DNA of 64,000 nucleotides from the human T2T-CHM13v2.0 reference genome, Homo sapiens. The DNA lies in assembly GCF_009914755.1 (NCBI RefSeq), contig NC_060926.1; one strand, 5' to 3'. The translations under genes were made by a program, and so were the position numbers. The stretch's first letter is position 1, and each line of letters starts with the position of its first letter. The notes beneath the pieces were generated by a model. It worked only from the letters and a program-made list of their open reading frames with translations. It was not told the DNA's origin and made no database searches. Positions 45,791 through 61,914 of the stretch are shown here, piece by piece.

Positions 45791-48033
45791 CCATGCTGAA
45801 GTTAACCAATAGACCAGGGTTATTTAAAGATTTACTTGAAAGTCAATTGTTTACTTGAACTCGGGACCGAGCAGTCCTAAAGAAAAAAACCAAAGAGGTT
45901 TTCAGTTCACAAATGCTCACTTATGCAATAACATAGTTTGAATGAACAGATAGCCCCCTTTTAGTTCATTCTTACCCTCACCACCTCTTCCTATAACTGA
46001 TTCATTCATTCACCCCATATTTATGAGGCACTTTTTCTTGCCCAGGCACTGCTCCTAGGATTGGGGTCCAGGATGGATAAGATCAAGACTTGCTTTCAAG
46101 GCTGAATCTTTCACTTATGGATTATTTTTAAAGGCTCTTGCAAGCACGCCTGAGAACTAAGTAACTCAGGTGACATTTTATTTGGGGAAGGCATAACACA
46201 GTCCTGGCAAGAAACATAAAATGGTACCCTCTTGGGCTCCCTGGCCTCGAAACTGAGGACACCCTTCAAGGTGAGCCCTTCTAGAGCCTGGGTATGAGGG
46301 GCTGGTGATTTCCTCCTAACTGTATTCCTCTCCTCTCAGTTCAGAGGACTGTCAGCACACTCCCACCTAGAATGTGTGTCTTGTCTTATACTTTTCTTCA
46401 AACTCACTGCATCACAGTACATTGAACCTAGCACTGAACAGATCCTGGAAAGGCTGTAAAATAGACTCCGTAAGTCATGCAGTGCCAGTACTTTCCTGCG
46501 GTGCTCATCATCATTTTTGTAAAGGGGATGATATTCTTTTTCTTATTGTGGTAAATGTACACAGCATACCATTTACCATACACATCCATACCAATGCATC
46601 ATAATCATTTTTGATTGGTTACATTTCGCAGATTGCATTTTAAAATACTATAGCTTCTCCTCCACTGTTAACCATTTCATGGGTAATAAAATTGCAGTTG
46701 AGACAATAAGCTGGTTTTCCTAACTAGCACGGCTGGCCATATCAGTTTCTCAGAAAGACTTCAACTTCTCTCCTACGCTGAGATGGTTTCAATCCCGTGG
46801 AACCCTTCCCTCTCCACCCTTGACAGATTCAGAAGCTAAATCCAAGGTCTGAAGATTGCCTCCCTCATCCTAAGCAGCTGAATCAACTTCTCTCGCCACC
46901 CCTTTCATTATCCCATTCCATCCACCCCATTGCCATTGGTGGGGTGGAGACTCATTGCTTAAAGTGTGCTGAAGAAAAACCCAGAAGCAAGAAACTAGAA
47001 TAACTTGCTCCTGTTAACAAAACAAACCAGAAAACACAGTAGGGGCCAAGACCTCACAGTCGCCGAGTTCCAAATCCTTCCTTATCCCAAGGAGACAGAC
47101 TGCCTGCCTCGCTATTCTAAGCTCAGGCGATGTGGCTTAAGCAAACTCATAGAAGGAATTCAAGCCTCAAGATCCATTTTCAGCTTCCCCCAGCTACCCA
47201 TGTGCCTTTTTATCCTTACTCCATCTTGCCCAGACAAACGTGAAAGCCTGTGTAAAGACCACTGCATGTCTCACTTTGAAAGGACTTGAATACCCTCATG
47301 AACTAACTCCTGGCTCCAATCTTTGGTCTCATGGAGACAGAGAAAGCAGCAGCCAGTTGGAAAACAAAAAAAGCGTTGTTATCTCTATGTTAAATTAAAC
47401 TCAGATTTACTTAATATCCCAGCCAACTTATGCCACAACTATTTTGGCCCTTTCTGCCACCCCAAAGCCTTTTGTGGCCAAAATGTACCATTGTGCTGCT
47501 GTTTGACACTGCGTGCCAGCAGGCCTCTGGGCCAAAGCCAAGGAACACCCTTCCTTCTTTGGGTTTTGGGGGAGCAGGGGAGGGCTGCTAATTCCTTTTG
47601 TGACCACTGACTAAAAGCTGAGTGGTCAACAATTTGTTAAATTATACACACACCTAAAATGTCAGCTGCATCAGAGATTTTTGCTATCTTTTGCGTGGCT
47701 GAAGGGAACCTTTAGGCTGATGGCAATTTTAGAAGTTGGGTTTTTTAACCATAAACTAGGGGATGGATGCTAGCAGAACTCCAGACATGCGGGATCCTGG
47801 GTAGCAAAGACTCATCTTTGACAAGTGTATATGTCAATAATTCAAACCAATGGAAGGGGATAGGAATTAAAATTAGTCACAGTTATAAATACACACACAT
47901 ATATATGCATGACAGAGAGAGAGAGAAAGAGAGAAGCTCTCTCTCAAAAGTCCTTTTTGGAATCAGGCCAGCTATAAATACAAAACCACACACTGACACA
48001 GGTCAGTCATAGCTACAGATACAGAGTGTGCTA

Positions 48034-48375
<342 letters not shown>

Positions 48376-49059
48376 GCAAAAAGGAAATTCACAGCATCAT
48401 AAATCCATATCTAATTAGGCTGCATTCCCTTTTGGACTGCAATATATTCTGTGGATTATCCAGTTCCTTTGTTCTAGCATCTTGCTGTTTTTGATGACTA
48501 CAGGTCATTGGTGTAGACAGAATAAAATATTTTGACCACCGTGGCACCAGTTGAAACTGACCTGTAAATAATTTTAGGGGTTACAGCCTATCTGGGGGAA
48601 ACTGGGCAGGAAGCTGGGCCTGACCAATATAGTCCCAATATCTACAGAGTCTTTCCAAGCACTGGGTTTTTTTGCCATGCATGGTGCTGGCACTCCAGGG
48701 CTAATGATGGGTGCATTTGCCCTTTTCTTTCCCCACCTTTGCCCTATTATTCCTGCCTTCCAACCAGTGGAAAGACATGGTAGAGTTTCAGAAATGGTGG
48801 TGGTTGGGGTGGGGGGGTGGGGTTTGTTTTGCTGCCAGGTGGATTTGATAGCAATTTGCCTCTAGAAATAGAGAATGTGAGTGCTGGGAGAAAACAGTCC
48901 AATTTAGTGGTTCAGAGTGTGTGCCCATTTCTCTAAAGAAGGGAGTCCTTCCACTGCAGAAGCAATCATGCAGCTGGCAGTATTCATTCTTCTTTCTTTT
49001 AATACGTTTGAAACATTTCACACAAAATTGAAAAAACATAACAAAACAGGATGTGTACT

Positions 49060-49260
49060 AGAACAGGACAGCTTGGGTTTGAATCCCAGCTCCTCCACTT
49101 TAGCTGGACGACTTTGTGCCAGTAAATCTCATTGGTGAAATGTGGATAATAATAGTACCTATTATTATAGGTCATTATATAGGGCTATTGTGTGGATTAA
49201 ATGAGATAATCCACGTAGATTTAGGACAGGGTCTGGCCTAAAGTAAGCACTCAATAATAA
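49060..49260 (+). mobile_element. MIR SINE
   Basis: gggtttgaatcccagctcctccactt...attaaatgagataat...gtaagcactcaataa. Confidence 0.8.
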
Positions 49261-49632
49261 AAGTGAGTAACATTTTTTGAGCATATACTAAAAGGGAGCT
49301 ATTATTAATCTAATTATTTAGTACAACCTTCTCATTTTACAAAGAAAGATTTTAAGCAGCAGAGGTATTTTGTGACTTGCTAAAGGATAAACTGTTGCTG
49401 TCATCCTGGGTCGTGAGTTTTCTGGCCATCCCTCCCTCTCTCCTCTTGGCTAAGTGCTGTAAAATGAGAGTGAACCAGGCAGGCCCCTTGCCTTCAGTGA
49501 GACTGCACCATACCAAGTCAGGGATGGAGCAAACAGGCTGAGGATCCTGGCCCTGTCAGCATATCTGCCTGTCTGCCAGATGATCAGTCCCTGTCCCCAG
49601 CAGGCAGGAGGCAGAGAAAAGAGAAAAAGGTG

Positions 49633-49686
49633 AAACTCAAATCCGTAGTTTTATTACCCAAACTCAAATCCGTAGTTTTATTACCC
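49633..49686. repeat. 27-bp perfect tandem duplication
   Basis: aaactcaaatccgtagttttattaccc x2. Confidence 0.95.
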
Positions 49687-51649
49687 GTGATTGCCTAGCC
49701 TACTTTCTCTCTGTGCCCTTGACCTGTGCTCTAGCCAAGAATCCTTTCACAGTCTCCTTCCCCTGATTTCCTTTGTTGTTCAGCTCTAAAGCTTCCCTTA
49801 TGGTGCCCCATTCCCTTAATGTCCCTTATAGCCCAAGTTCTTAAATAGTTCCACCTCTTGGAAACCTCAGCTGCAATGGGCTCTCTGTTGTTAGCCCAAA
49901 CACAAATGCCAACTCACAGTTCACCAGATAACCTGACTGGTGCTGCCCGTTTTAGGAGGAAACCCGCTAGGTGGCATATTACCTTCTGCATGTTCTTACT
50001 GGCCAACTTTTGTTTACTGGGCATTATTTTAACTGCCACTGAATTGTAAGGTATTAAGACAACAATTTGTCTTTAAGGAAAATATAAAATCAGTATATTT
50101 AACTTGTTTTAATAAGCTGTCCTTCAGATCATATTTGTCAAAATGCTTAAAGCTGTTATTTCCTGACAAAAAGTTGAAATAGTTGACCTTTGGCAAATGG
50201 AAATCCAGCCATTTGTCAGTTAGAACTGAAGGTGCTGAGCCTACACTCAGCGACCTGGCTCTCATTCCAGGTTCCTTGCTGCACCCAGAAGCCTGGATAC
50301 TTCGTGCAAACTGGCTGGGAGCCCCCAGAAAGCAGATACACGCAGAAAGACTTCCACAATTTCATCACTTCTCGAGCTCTATAAAATCACAGAATGAGGG
50401 CCCTAGAGCTGGAAGGGGCTGTAAAGATTGTTTAATCCAATCCTCTCACTTCACGAATGAAGAAACTGGGATTCGAGAAGTAAAGTAATACAGTTTCCAT
50501 CCAAATACATGCCTGTGGTCCTCTTCCTGGGAACTGATATAGTTGCAAGGCCATAGCCAGAATAAAAAGTGACCTAAATGGGCTGTACTGTATGAAATTG
50601 TCATCTAAAGATGCCATACATCTTTAACAGAGGTTAACAGGATGGAAAATAATCCCTACCCGGGTTAAGTTAAAAATCCATTTTTTAAAAAGAAAGAAAC
50701 TCAGCTTTTACAAAGTGATGAGAAATGATAGGGATTGGAATATTTTCAGAGGTAAGCTGTGCCTCCACTTCTGACTAAGACTTAATGGAACAAATGCATT
50801 CAGGGAGATGCATGGAATTTAAACACAATTCAACATCAGTTAATTCTAAGAGTAAAGGCCCTTCGGTCCAGTTCCCTTCCACCTCAATGTTAAAGGAAGC
50901 TAGAAAGCCAATTACATTCACAGCAGGGCCTCTCCCCTACTGCAAGGGAAGAATGTACTGCAAATTCTATGTGTGCTTTACAAGCTAGTAAAACTATAAT
51001 TGCAGGTGGGAAGGAACATGGCGTCTCTTTGTTTCTGCCAACATTTCAGTCTGGTAAGCTTCTCTCCGCAGCTGTAGAAAGAGTGTGGACTCCATGGTTT
51101 TCTTTAAGCACAAAAATGTGTACTCCAGGATTCTACAAAATTTACAGAAAGACTGCTTTTTGTTAAAATTGAAAAGACGTCTGTGCATAGCCCACCAAAA
51201 GGTCATGCATTCTTGCAAGAAACAAGTGGCAAGATTCAGAGGGTAGGTAGTACCACTCACTCAAGCGCAGGCCTAGGGAGAGTTCCTTGGCTCAAGAGGG
51301 TGGGGGCTCTCCAGGTGCAATTCCCCTATGGAGCCACTGGGGAGGTCTGGTCTAGGATCATCCTGGAGGCAAAAGGAAATGAAGCTATTCTGCATTCCCT
51401 ACCAAGGTGCTGCTCCATATGGTGACTATATAGCTGCAGCTATAGCAGGTTTCTATGGCCTAGATTCCCCTACGGAACATGAGGGGGAAAACTGAGACAT
51501 AGCAAGCATTGCTTTTGTGGCAATGGTTGTGGTTTAGTGTCCACAGATGCAGTGTCTTGATGACGCTGAAGAAAACTCCCAGGAGCCGTTTATACAAGGT
51601 CCACACCTCACAGCAACACTAATAGCAATACTCTACCCCTAGTAAAGTG

Positions 51650-51880
51650 CCTATCTCCTAAGCCCTTAAGTGTCAGGCAAAGTTCTAAGTGCTTTATGCA
51701 TACTAACTCTAAGGCCTCACAACAACCTTCGGGGGCAGGTACTATTATTCTCACTTCAGAGATGAAGTGCTTAAGGCACAAAGAGAAGTGACTTGCCCAA
51801 GGTCACCTAATATTTCTGGGGTGAGTCGGCATTTGAACATAGACAGGCAGCCTCCAAAGCTGCAGTGTGTGACCGCTGCA
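51650..51880 (-). mobile_element. MIR SINE
   Basis: cctcacaacaacc...aggtactattatt...aagtgacttgcccaaggtcac. Confidence 0.75.
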
Positions 51881-52410
51881 GCGGCCAGCACCTCTGCAAT
51901 GCCCAATGTTGGATATCATCATCCCTTAGGAGACCTTTGCTCCAGGCAGAAACTCCATCCCATGTTCACCTCACACTGGCGTGCTGGCCTCCTAAAAGCT
52001 CCTGACAGCCATCTTAATTTTGATTTCTATTTAATTTTCTACCTCACAAAGCAATGTCAGGGTGAGGGAGTCTGGTGATACCTTTAGAATATGATTTATC
52101 AACCAACAGCTTAAGGGAATGTAGGGCTTCCTTGCTGCCACCTGACCTTTGTCTTCAGCCTTCCTAATGTTTGCATTGCTGCCCTGACCTTGCAAAGTGA
52201 CCTGGAATAGCTTGGCTGTTTCCTTGTGTGTGTCCACTTTCAGAGTCCAGCTGTCAGCCTGTGCAAGTCTGCCAATTAGTATCTCAAGGGTTTGGGATGG
52301 GGTCTGCCGCCTTTTGAGGAGCACAATCTAACACTAACCTCCAAATTCCTTCTCGTAATTCAGCATTCATTAGTTTGACGGAACAAAAGCAGGCATTCTC
52401 TATTATAAAG

Positions 52411-53170
<760 letters not shown>

Positions 53171-54203
53171 TTCCAGGAGCAAATGTGTTGATGGTTCACT
53201 AGGCTTTAGCCGGAAGTTCAAATAAAAGCCAAACAACAATATGAAAAGCTGCCTCCATCAGCCTTCTAATGTTTCCTCACAAAGATGGGTGTAATATTGT
53301 TGAAAAGCTGCAAGTTCCAAATATGGAGGGAATCGCAGGCCACTATCACATGGAGACAATGATGTCCGCTAAGACACATGTGGCAATGCTGTCTTCTGAG
53401 GTTGCCATGCATCCTGGTTACATTTCTGAATTGGGTGAAGTGCTGGAAACCTCCTCAGCCCTCAAACATCTGAATAGATAGTGCCTTCTGGTTATCCTTC
53501 TAGTCCCTTGAAGACCAACTGTGGGTGTGGTGGGATGGCTAGTCCAAGGCATCAAGGGATGAAATTCTACTGGACATCACCAAGTGGAACAGAATCATGA
53601 GCAGCTTTGACTACAAGTTCCTGGCACACAGACAGAGTGCAAGAGTTTGACCATAATCAGTAAGAATCTAGTCCGTTTCTGAGAAAATGTGCCCTTTCAA
53701 TTTCAGGGGTAACATGGCTCCTGATACATAGTACATGCTTAATAAATATTTGCTGAATGAATAAATGAATAGGGAGAAAACACCCAGCGAGGGGCTTGGT
53801 GACAGAGTTGGGCTCACATTTCAGGTGCACAGGTGGGATGGAAAGATTTAAAACTCAATTCCTCGTTCTTGCACCTCAAGGCACATCCCAGAATCTTTCA
53901 TTTCTGAGGGAAGTGAAGCGATACCGTTTTACTCATTCTACGAATGTTTTGTTGAGACAATTTATCAGAATAATCCTGAAGCATGCAGACAGTGTTAAGA
54001 AATGTCACAGTTGGTAGTGAAAATTTTCTTTAGCTTGCCCCCATGGAAGAAACACTGTAGATCAGATCATTAGAGTGGTTTAAGGTTACCATGGCCTCAA
54101 AGTTCTCTTCCTAGTCCTCTCTCTCTGGCTCATGATTATGGGCCAAAATTTTAACTTACAGTCATAGCCTCTAGGAAGCCTTCCCTGATGGCCAAGTTAC
54201 TGG

Positions 54204-54804
54204 GTGTTCTGGTTACTATTACTGCAAAACAAATTACCCCAAAACTTAGTGGTGAAAAAAAACCAACGAACAAAAACCTAGTGGTGCAAAACAACCATTT
54301 TATTATGGGCTCACACATTTTGTCGGTCGGTCAGGACTCCAGGAAGGACACTGTGGAGATGGTTTGTTTCTGCTCCATAATATCTGCAGCCTCATCTCTA
54401 GCCTAGGTGAGAAGACTTGAAGGCTAGCAGCTGGAATCATGTGGGGCTGTCTTCACTCATCTCTCTGGTGGCTGATGATCGCTGCCAGCTAGAACAACTA
54501 CCATATGAGGCCTGTTCATGTGGTTGTTCTATGAGGGCTAATCTGGACTTCCTTACAACATGGCCACTGGGTTGCCATGAGTGAGCATCTCCAGACAGCA
54601 CCAGGTTGGAGCTATATCACCTTTTATGACTTGGCTTTGGAAATCACATGGCATCACTTCCATAGTCACAGACCTGCCCAAATTCGGGGAGAAGGAACAC
54701 AGATCTCACTACTGAATAGGAGGAGCATCAAAGTCACAGTGTAAGAAAGACATGTGGGATGGAAGATACTGTTGCAGCTATTTTTGCAAAATACAATCTG
54801 CCAC
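54204..54804 (-). mobile_element. MaLR solo LTR (MLT1 family)
   Basis: acaaattaccccaaaacttagtgg...tctgctcca...gctggaatcat...tttgcaaaatacaatctgccaca. Confidence 0.8.
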
Positions 54805-54859
54805 ACACTTGGTCAGATGTATTCCCCAAGTACCCTAGGTTCAACTCCGCTGACTTCAA

Positions 54860-55010
54860 CAATGCCTATCTGCCTCTCTCATCAGACTGTGAGCTCAGTG
54901 AGGGAAGGAATTGTGGCTTAATCACCTTTGCCTCCTCTGTGGCTAGCTCAATGATTGGCACACAGAAAGCATTCAATCAATACACACTTGTTGAATCAAA
55001 CTGAATAGAA
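54860..55010. mobile_element. L2 3' end relic
   Basis: agactgtgagctcagtgagggaagg...tggcacacagaaagcattcaat...ttgttgaat. Confidence 0.65.
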
Positions 55011-57048
55011 ATGAAGAACCAGAAAGACTCCTGGGGCCCTTTCATGATGGCTGTTGGTGGCATAGGTTTCTACCACTGGCAAGACCGATGCTAACCTTAC
55101 TCTATATCTTTAAGTAAATGTTCTTTGAAAACAGGCCCTCACTTCGTCAGTATTATGATTACTCTTTTAAAATAGGAAACAACAAAAACCCAACAACAAC
55201 AACAGCACTCAGATGACTGCATGCCAAGGGACTCCCAGGAAAGTGATTTCAGCACTGACTAAACACCATCCAACTCCACAGCTGCAGCCTCAACCGGTAT
55301 TGTTGTCTCTACCTGAGGGGCTCGAGTTGGCTCCTGGAATCCTTATCTCAACTGAGCTCCTTCTCACCTGGGCAACAGGGCTCTCTATCCACCACTCACA
55401 ACACACAGTCATCTTTCTGATCTGGCTTCCACAAAAGGCAGTGACTTTGTCCTTAGTGCCGCACATTTGCTGCCACATCCCGTGCCGAGCTCCCCCGATC
55501 CTTCAATCATCTGTGGATCAGGTTAGATTTGGCTGTAGTGCCTGGGTCTGCAGAACAGAAAAGTCAGCTTGCATAAAGAACAATCTGCACCAGCACCTTG
55601 CTAATCACCTGCTTTAACCCACTCAGCTAACTGGCCCCATCACCAAAACACCAGAAAACTAGTAGTTATGCTCAGCAGGTAGTAAGGACATCAAGACTGA
55701 AAGTGAGAAGTCAGAAGACCCAGCTCCAGTCCTGGCACCTAGCAGCAGTTGTCACTCTTCCCGTTCCCCTCCCTGTACGATGTGAAACACACTGGGAGAC
55801 CGAGCATGAGGCATGAACTGTTCGGCACCCACTCAAGATACACCTGCTCTCTTGAGAAACAGCACTTTTCCATTTGCTCTGCTGCCTGTCTATCAAAACT
55901 TCAAAGGATAACACTCAATCCCTTCCTCCTCCCCAGCAAGATCTTAGCCTGTGCATTCATTTTTTGAAAACCCACTTGCTTAAAAGGCATAATTTGTTCC
56001 CCAAATAACTTATAGTCCTCTTTCCTAGCTCATTAATTGGTTGGAAGAGCCGTGGCTAAAATAGTTAACAGAGATTTAGTGATGTTTTAATGGAGGCCTC
56101 GTTCCTGTCTCGCCCCAGATTATGTTCAGTGGTTTCTGAAGGCAGTGCCGGCTGCAGCGGACACAGGCACTTGCCATGGAACAACACAGGCGAGCTGTCA
56201 CGCTTTGTTTTTCTGCTTGTTAAATCCGAATGCTCCTAATTAGTTATCCTCACCACTAATGCCTGGGTGGACAATGGTGTAGGGATCAGGGCTGCTGAGA
56301 AGCTATGAATACAAGTTCCTTGGGCTCCTGAGGCTTGGGACTGGTGACTCGGTTGTGGGCACTGAGGCGCTGTGTTCCTGTGAGCTGTGGATTCAAAGAT
56401 GTCAACCCCTGTGTGAATAAAGGTCATCACCTGTTACTTCTTTGGTGAAAGGGCAGCTGTGCTGGGTGCCCACTTAGGCTCGGCCTTTGTCTGCTGACTC
56501 TGTGAGAGCGTCCATAGAGAAAAACGTTCTCTGATAATGGGTTTGTTTGGTGGGGCAGGGCCGTGCAAAATAACTCACATCACTTCCTTGAAGAAGAATT
56601 CAGTAAAGTATGTTGTTTAAAAGTGGCCTTGAAATACCTTAAACATTGCCTTTTCGTGATCTTACCAGTTAGAAAACAGTTGAGGTAAGACCACTGTTTG
56701 AATTACTTCTTTAGGGGCCAATTCCAACAAATGCTGAGGTCACACGGATGACAATTCCTAAGCTCTGTGGGTATGCTGGACTAGCAAAAAAGTTAACTGA
56801 AGAGTTAACTGTTCAGGATATGGAGTGTTCGGGAAGTTTACAACACTAAACAACTCCCCATTATTCTGACATAAGCAGAGATTTTTATTTGGTTTTAGAA
56901 TTCTGTGCATTGTTATTTCATCGCCAGCTTTTCTAATTTTGTTTTGTTTAGCGGCTAATGTTAATCAGTTTGCTTTGCTTTTCAAGGGAGAGAGAACCAG
57001 TGAGTTCACGATAGTATATGTATGAACATATGTACATATACACCCTGT

Positions 57049-57111
57049 CACCCATCCACCCACCCACCCATCCACCCACCCACCCATCCACCCACCCATC
57101 CATCCATCCAC
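57049..57111. repeat. (CCAC/CCAT)n tetranucleotide repeat
   Basis: Direct read. Confidence 0.9.
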
Positions 57112-60100
57112 TGAACATTTCTATGTTGCATAAGTTACATTAGTTGCTTAGTGTAAGTGTGTATTGCTTTAGTATAAAACAAACGGTTTAGGCAGTGCTA
57201 GGCAATTCCAGAAAGGTAGTGTACATCTGGTCACTCCTCTCTCTTTTCATGGCTCTTGAGTGCTGTGGGTCCTCCCACCTGGCATCCTTCCCACTTCACA
57301 ACTCTTTAGTAAGTACTCCAAATTCCAGACTTTCCTGTCCTTTTTCTTTCATTAAAACTTATCTGTGGAAATGTCTCCCCGCCCCCAATACCATGCCATG
57401 TTTTCAAATGAATTTCTGCCAAAATAATAATTTATTTTTCTTGGGTAATATATTTCCTATAAACTAGAATCTAAACTGCCCTCACCTAAAGGTAGGGTCT
57501 CATTTGGAAATTTAGGGCCCAGGGAAGGAAAATAATGAGAAAATTAGCTCCTTAGATTGTCTCACAAGAGGGGTGTGTGTGTGCGGGGGTGAGGTGGTGG
57601 GCAGTGGAGGGAGTAGCGGGGAGGGCCTACTCTAACCAGCCACCTCACCCATGGGATCATCCAGTATCCTTTCTCATGAATCGCCACAAATAGAATCATT
57701 CAATGCTTAACTTACATATGCCCCCAAAGGTGAGTAATACCAGAAGAGTTAGTCATTAATATACATTTTAGGTTTTGTCACAAGAGCACAGGTAGCCAAA
57801 ATTTAAAAGTAAAATCTGACCTTTTCTTTCAGCAAGTAGAAGGAACTTTAGAAGAATTCTCCTATCATTTACACAGTCCAAAGACTGACATATTAAACCA
57901 GAGTTCTGATTTGCTCCTTAAGAACAACTAAGAACTCTTGACCATTTATTTATATGTACTAATGTATTCTACTGGTAAAATCTGGAACCTTTTCATTAGT
58001 GTTAAAAGTGCCAAGGGGATGTGAGTAAGGAGATGGTTTGTCACATACTTAACAGGGAAAGCAGATAGCTGACGCCAAAAGTTAAGGCATTGAGAGTTAC
58101 GGTACAAGTCTTGCCATCTCAGGTGAGCATATATTTTTATTGCATTCCTGTCTTAAAGCCTTCTCATGGATTTGTGATAATGCTGGATAGACTGAAAATA
58201 ACAAAACACAAATTCTATTCTATTTATCCTTCTCAAAGTAGCTAACCAAGGAAAAGCTCTTAAAAAGCAGTGCCTCAGTTTCCCCATTCAAAACGTGCAC
58301 CAATACTAGTCCATGCATCCACACACGCTGAGTTGTTGCCTGCTACTTCCTTTATAAGGAAGTACTTGGTCACTTCAAAAGCCACCATGCATTCATACCT
58401 CCTCAAAGAAAGTTTGTAAGATTTTATTTTTTTAAAAATGAGCAGTACCTTCTGTTAAAGTTATATTCAAAGAGTTTGGATTGAATATGTTTTTCTAACA
58501 ATATCTAGTTTGCAGAACAGAAATTCACCTGGAATTCTAAACACAAGAAATGAGTAAAGGAAGGCCATGCTCCCTGGAGCTCCTAGGATCTGGAGAGCCT
58601 CTGCCTGTGTCTTATGCTTCTTCCTTGGCCCTGCTACTAGGCCAGGTTTACTTGGCTCCATTTTACACGTTATGGCTAAACGCTACCAACTGACTGTATG
58701 TAGTCAGATAATGACTATATTCAACTACTACTTTTTCAATGTGCAAGTCATACCAGTGAGCAATTCAATCACTGGTCAAACAAACAGACAATTAGGGACT
58801 CAGTCTGAGTATTAATTTTGCCAATAACTGGTACTCAGTGAACAGTGAGCAGGAGACAGTCGTTCCCAGAACAACTGGAGGGAATCTCCTTTGTAAAGCA
58901 ATTGTCAATCCTTGCTATTTCTTTCCTCACATCTAAATGTAAGGGAAAATGCATGCAAAGAGGACAGTAATTCAAATAATGAGAAGGGGGAAAACTGTCT
59001 TGAATGTAACAAAAGCAGCGGTAAGGTAGCTTGAAATCTTCAGCCAAATTGTTAAATTGAGTCTATCTGCTAAAATTTTAGGCATTGTTACTTATAAACA
59101 TAAAACCAGACAGAGGACAATAAGATTGCAATTTTTTTGGTACCAGAATTCTTTCAGCATTTTTAAGTATTATTAGTGCTTTGTGTACTATATTATTTTA
59201 AAATTGTCTCTAAATTATAAATCTCCTTTCACCATGTTTATTAAATTCTTACCTATTTTTTTTCTTTTTGAAGAGGAAAATGTCTGTTTTGCTTTTTAAA
59301 TAAGAGCTAATGGGAAAAATCAAATTAACTTAAGAGAAATGTGTAGACAGGAACCTGTGCATTTAAGAAGAATATCTGCATTATTGTTTTTTCTGATTTA
59401 TAACTCTTGAGTCACTTGCTTTAGTTTATTTTCCTTTCCCCTGCAAAATCTGAACATTAAAAGCCCCTTTTCTCTAGTTACTCGATATGACAGACAGGTC
59501 TGCTTTTACAGAAACCTTTAGCAGTGAGGAGAAAAATCAAACAGGGAAAATAATTTACTCTAAAACGCCTGAAACTGACAAGAAGCAGGATGATGAAGCA
59601 GTCCAGAAGAGGCCAAAAAGGCCCAGGACGCCATAAGGCTGGTGGTTGGGTCAGTTAGGTAGGGTTTCCCGATACCACCACATGCCCTTTCACAAAGCAA
59701 TGCTATTTTTTGTTCTTTCTCCTTGTGTCCTTTCCATTACATATTTGCAAGAACAATTCAGATCTAGAAAACATGCTTGTTATTTACTTAGAAACCAAGG
59801 AAAGATGAAGCTGGGGATGCCCTTCAGTGCTGATAGCCAAGATGCAGACAGATCAAAAGCTAAATCCAATTTAACCCACCTCAGGCAGAAAAAGTAATCG
59901 AATTAAACTTCCTTTAAATATGATAAGTTTGGGGCTCTTAAAGCCAGGCACAAAGAACCAGGTTAGAGTGAGCTGTTAAGTGAATGGATGCATTGAGCTC
60001 TAGCTGCCCCACCCACAGGGTGTTTGATAAGCTGTTGATTGCCTCCATCACTGAAAACTGATTAAGCTGCTTATGGGGCTCCAGGGGCTAATGGCCTGGC

Positions 60101-60746
60101 CACCAAGAATACCCCTGCCACTGATTTAAGTAAGCTCCTTGGCATGTATGGTTTGATTATTAAAGGAGGAAAAAAAGAAAAGGGGGTGGAGAGAAAGACA
60201 GCAGGGTATAGGAAAGCCTTAAAAAGCAGGCTGTATGATTCCAAATGGATACATTACTTTGACACCCTAAAATGAATATGGAATTACTCTGATTCTTTCT
60301 CTTCATCAGATATCAAAACTCACATTTGAAAGGCTCCCTCAAAGAGTACTCACTTTGGAGCCCACCCATTGTACTTTAAACCATCTTTACAAGAATGTTC
60401 AGTGCCTTTAAACATACTTCTCAAATGATAGAGTCTGTGTCCTCAGGCACTACGATCAGGTAGACTTCAGAAAATAGATAAATGTATAACAAGTGTTTTA
60501 ACCAATTCCTCCCCTTGAACAACAATTTTAAGTAAAAATATACCCCTTTCCACCCTAGCCAGCAGACCACTGCTGCTTGACTATGTAGTAAAGGTCAGGC
60601 AGGACCAAAGGAGTTGGGAGAGCTGATATGTGCAAATAGGTTTCAACTTGACACATAAATGGAAATGAAAACCTTAGTCTTTTCTTAGACTTCTCCAACT
60701 AAATGCTCTAACATCATGTCTGCCATTTAATTTAAAATAACTTTCT

Positions 60747-61049
<303 letters not shown>

Positions 61050-61459
61050 ACTTTCCTAGCTCTGGGGGGACAAAAAGAACACAAAAGTCTTAAGTTATTA
61101 AACTAAAAGACACAAAAAATCCTTGAAAAGTAATTTAAAGTCAGAAAAATGACTGAAGGATATGAGCATGGTTTTTAAGTTGACCTAAATTCTTCTGGAT
61201 AAAACAACCAGAGAGGAAAACAACAACGAAAGAACAGAATCACAGCAGTTTGAGATACTCTGAAAGTTGTCACAATTATTATTATTATTTAATGAACTCT
61301 TGAAAGAATCATTATCTAGTGTCCAACAGCTTCTCAGGAGTGAGTTGTTGATTTAAATGATTAACCAAAGCTTAACATATTTAGAATTTAGGGCTGAATA
61401 CACAAAAGGCCAGTTTCTTCCTAGCTGCTAATCTGGTTAATCATTAAAAGTACAAGTGT

Positions 61460-61797
<338 letters not shown>

Positions 61798-61914
61798 TCA
61801 ACTCTTACATGCTCTGTTATGTTTTACTAAACTTTAAAAGCCATTCAACTTTCTGGCTTGAGCACAAGTCAAGGGCTTAACACATTCAATGCCTTTTACA
61901 TCTTTTCATACAAA

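Noticed and set aside
51429-51444. Perfect 16-bp palindrome tatagctgcagctata
   Set aside because: About one such palindrome is expected by chance in 64 kb (64000/4^8).
56055-56064. MEF2-like gctaaaatag
   Set aside because: One base short of the CTA(A/T)4TAG consensus.
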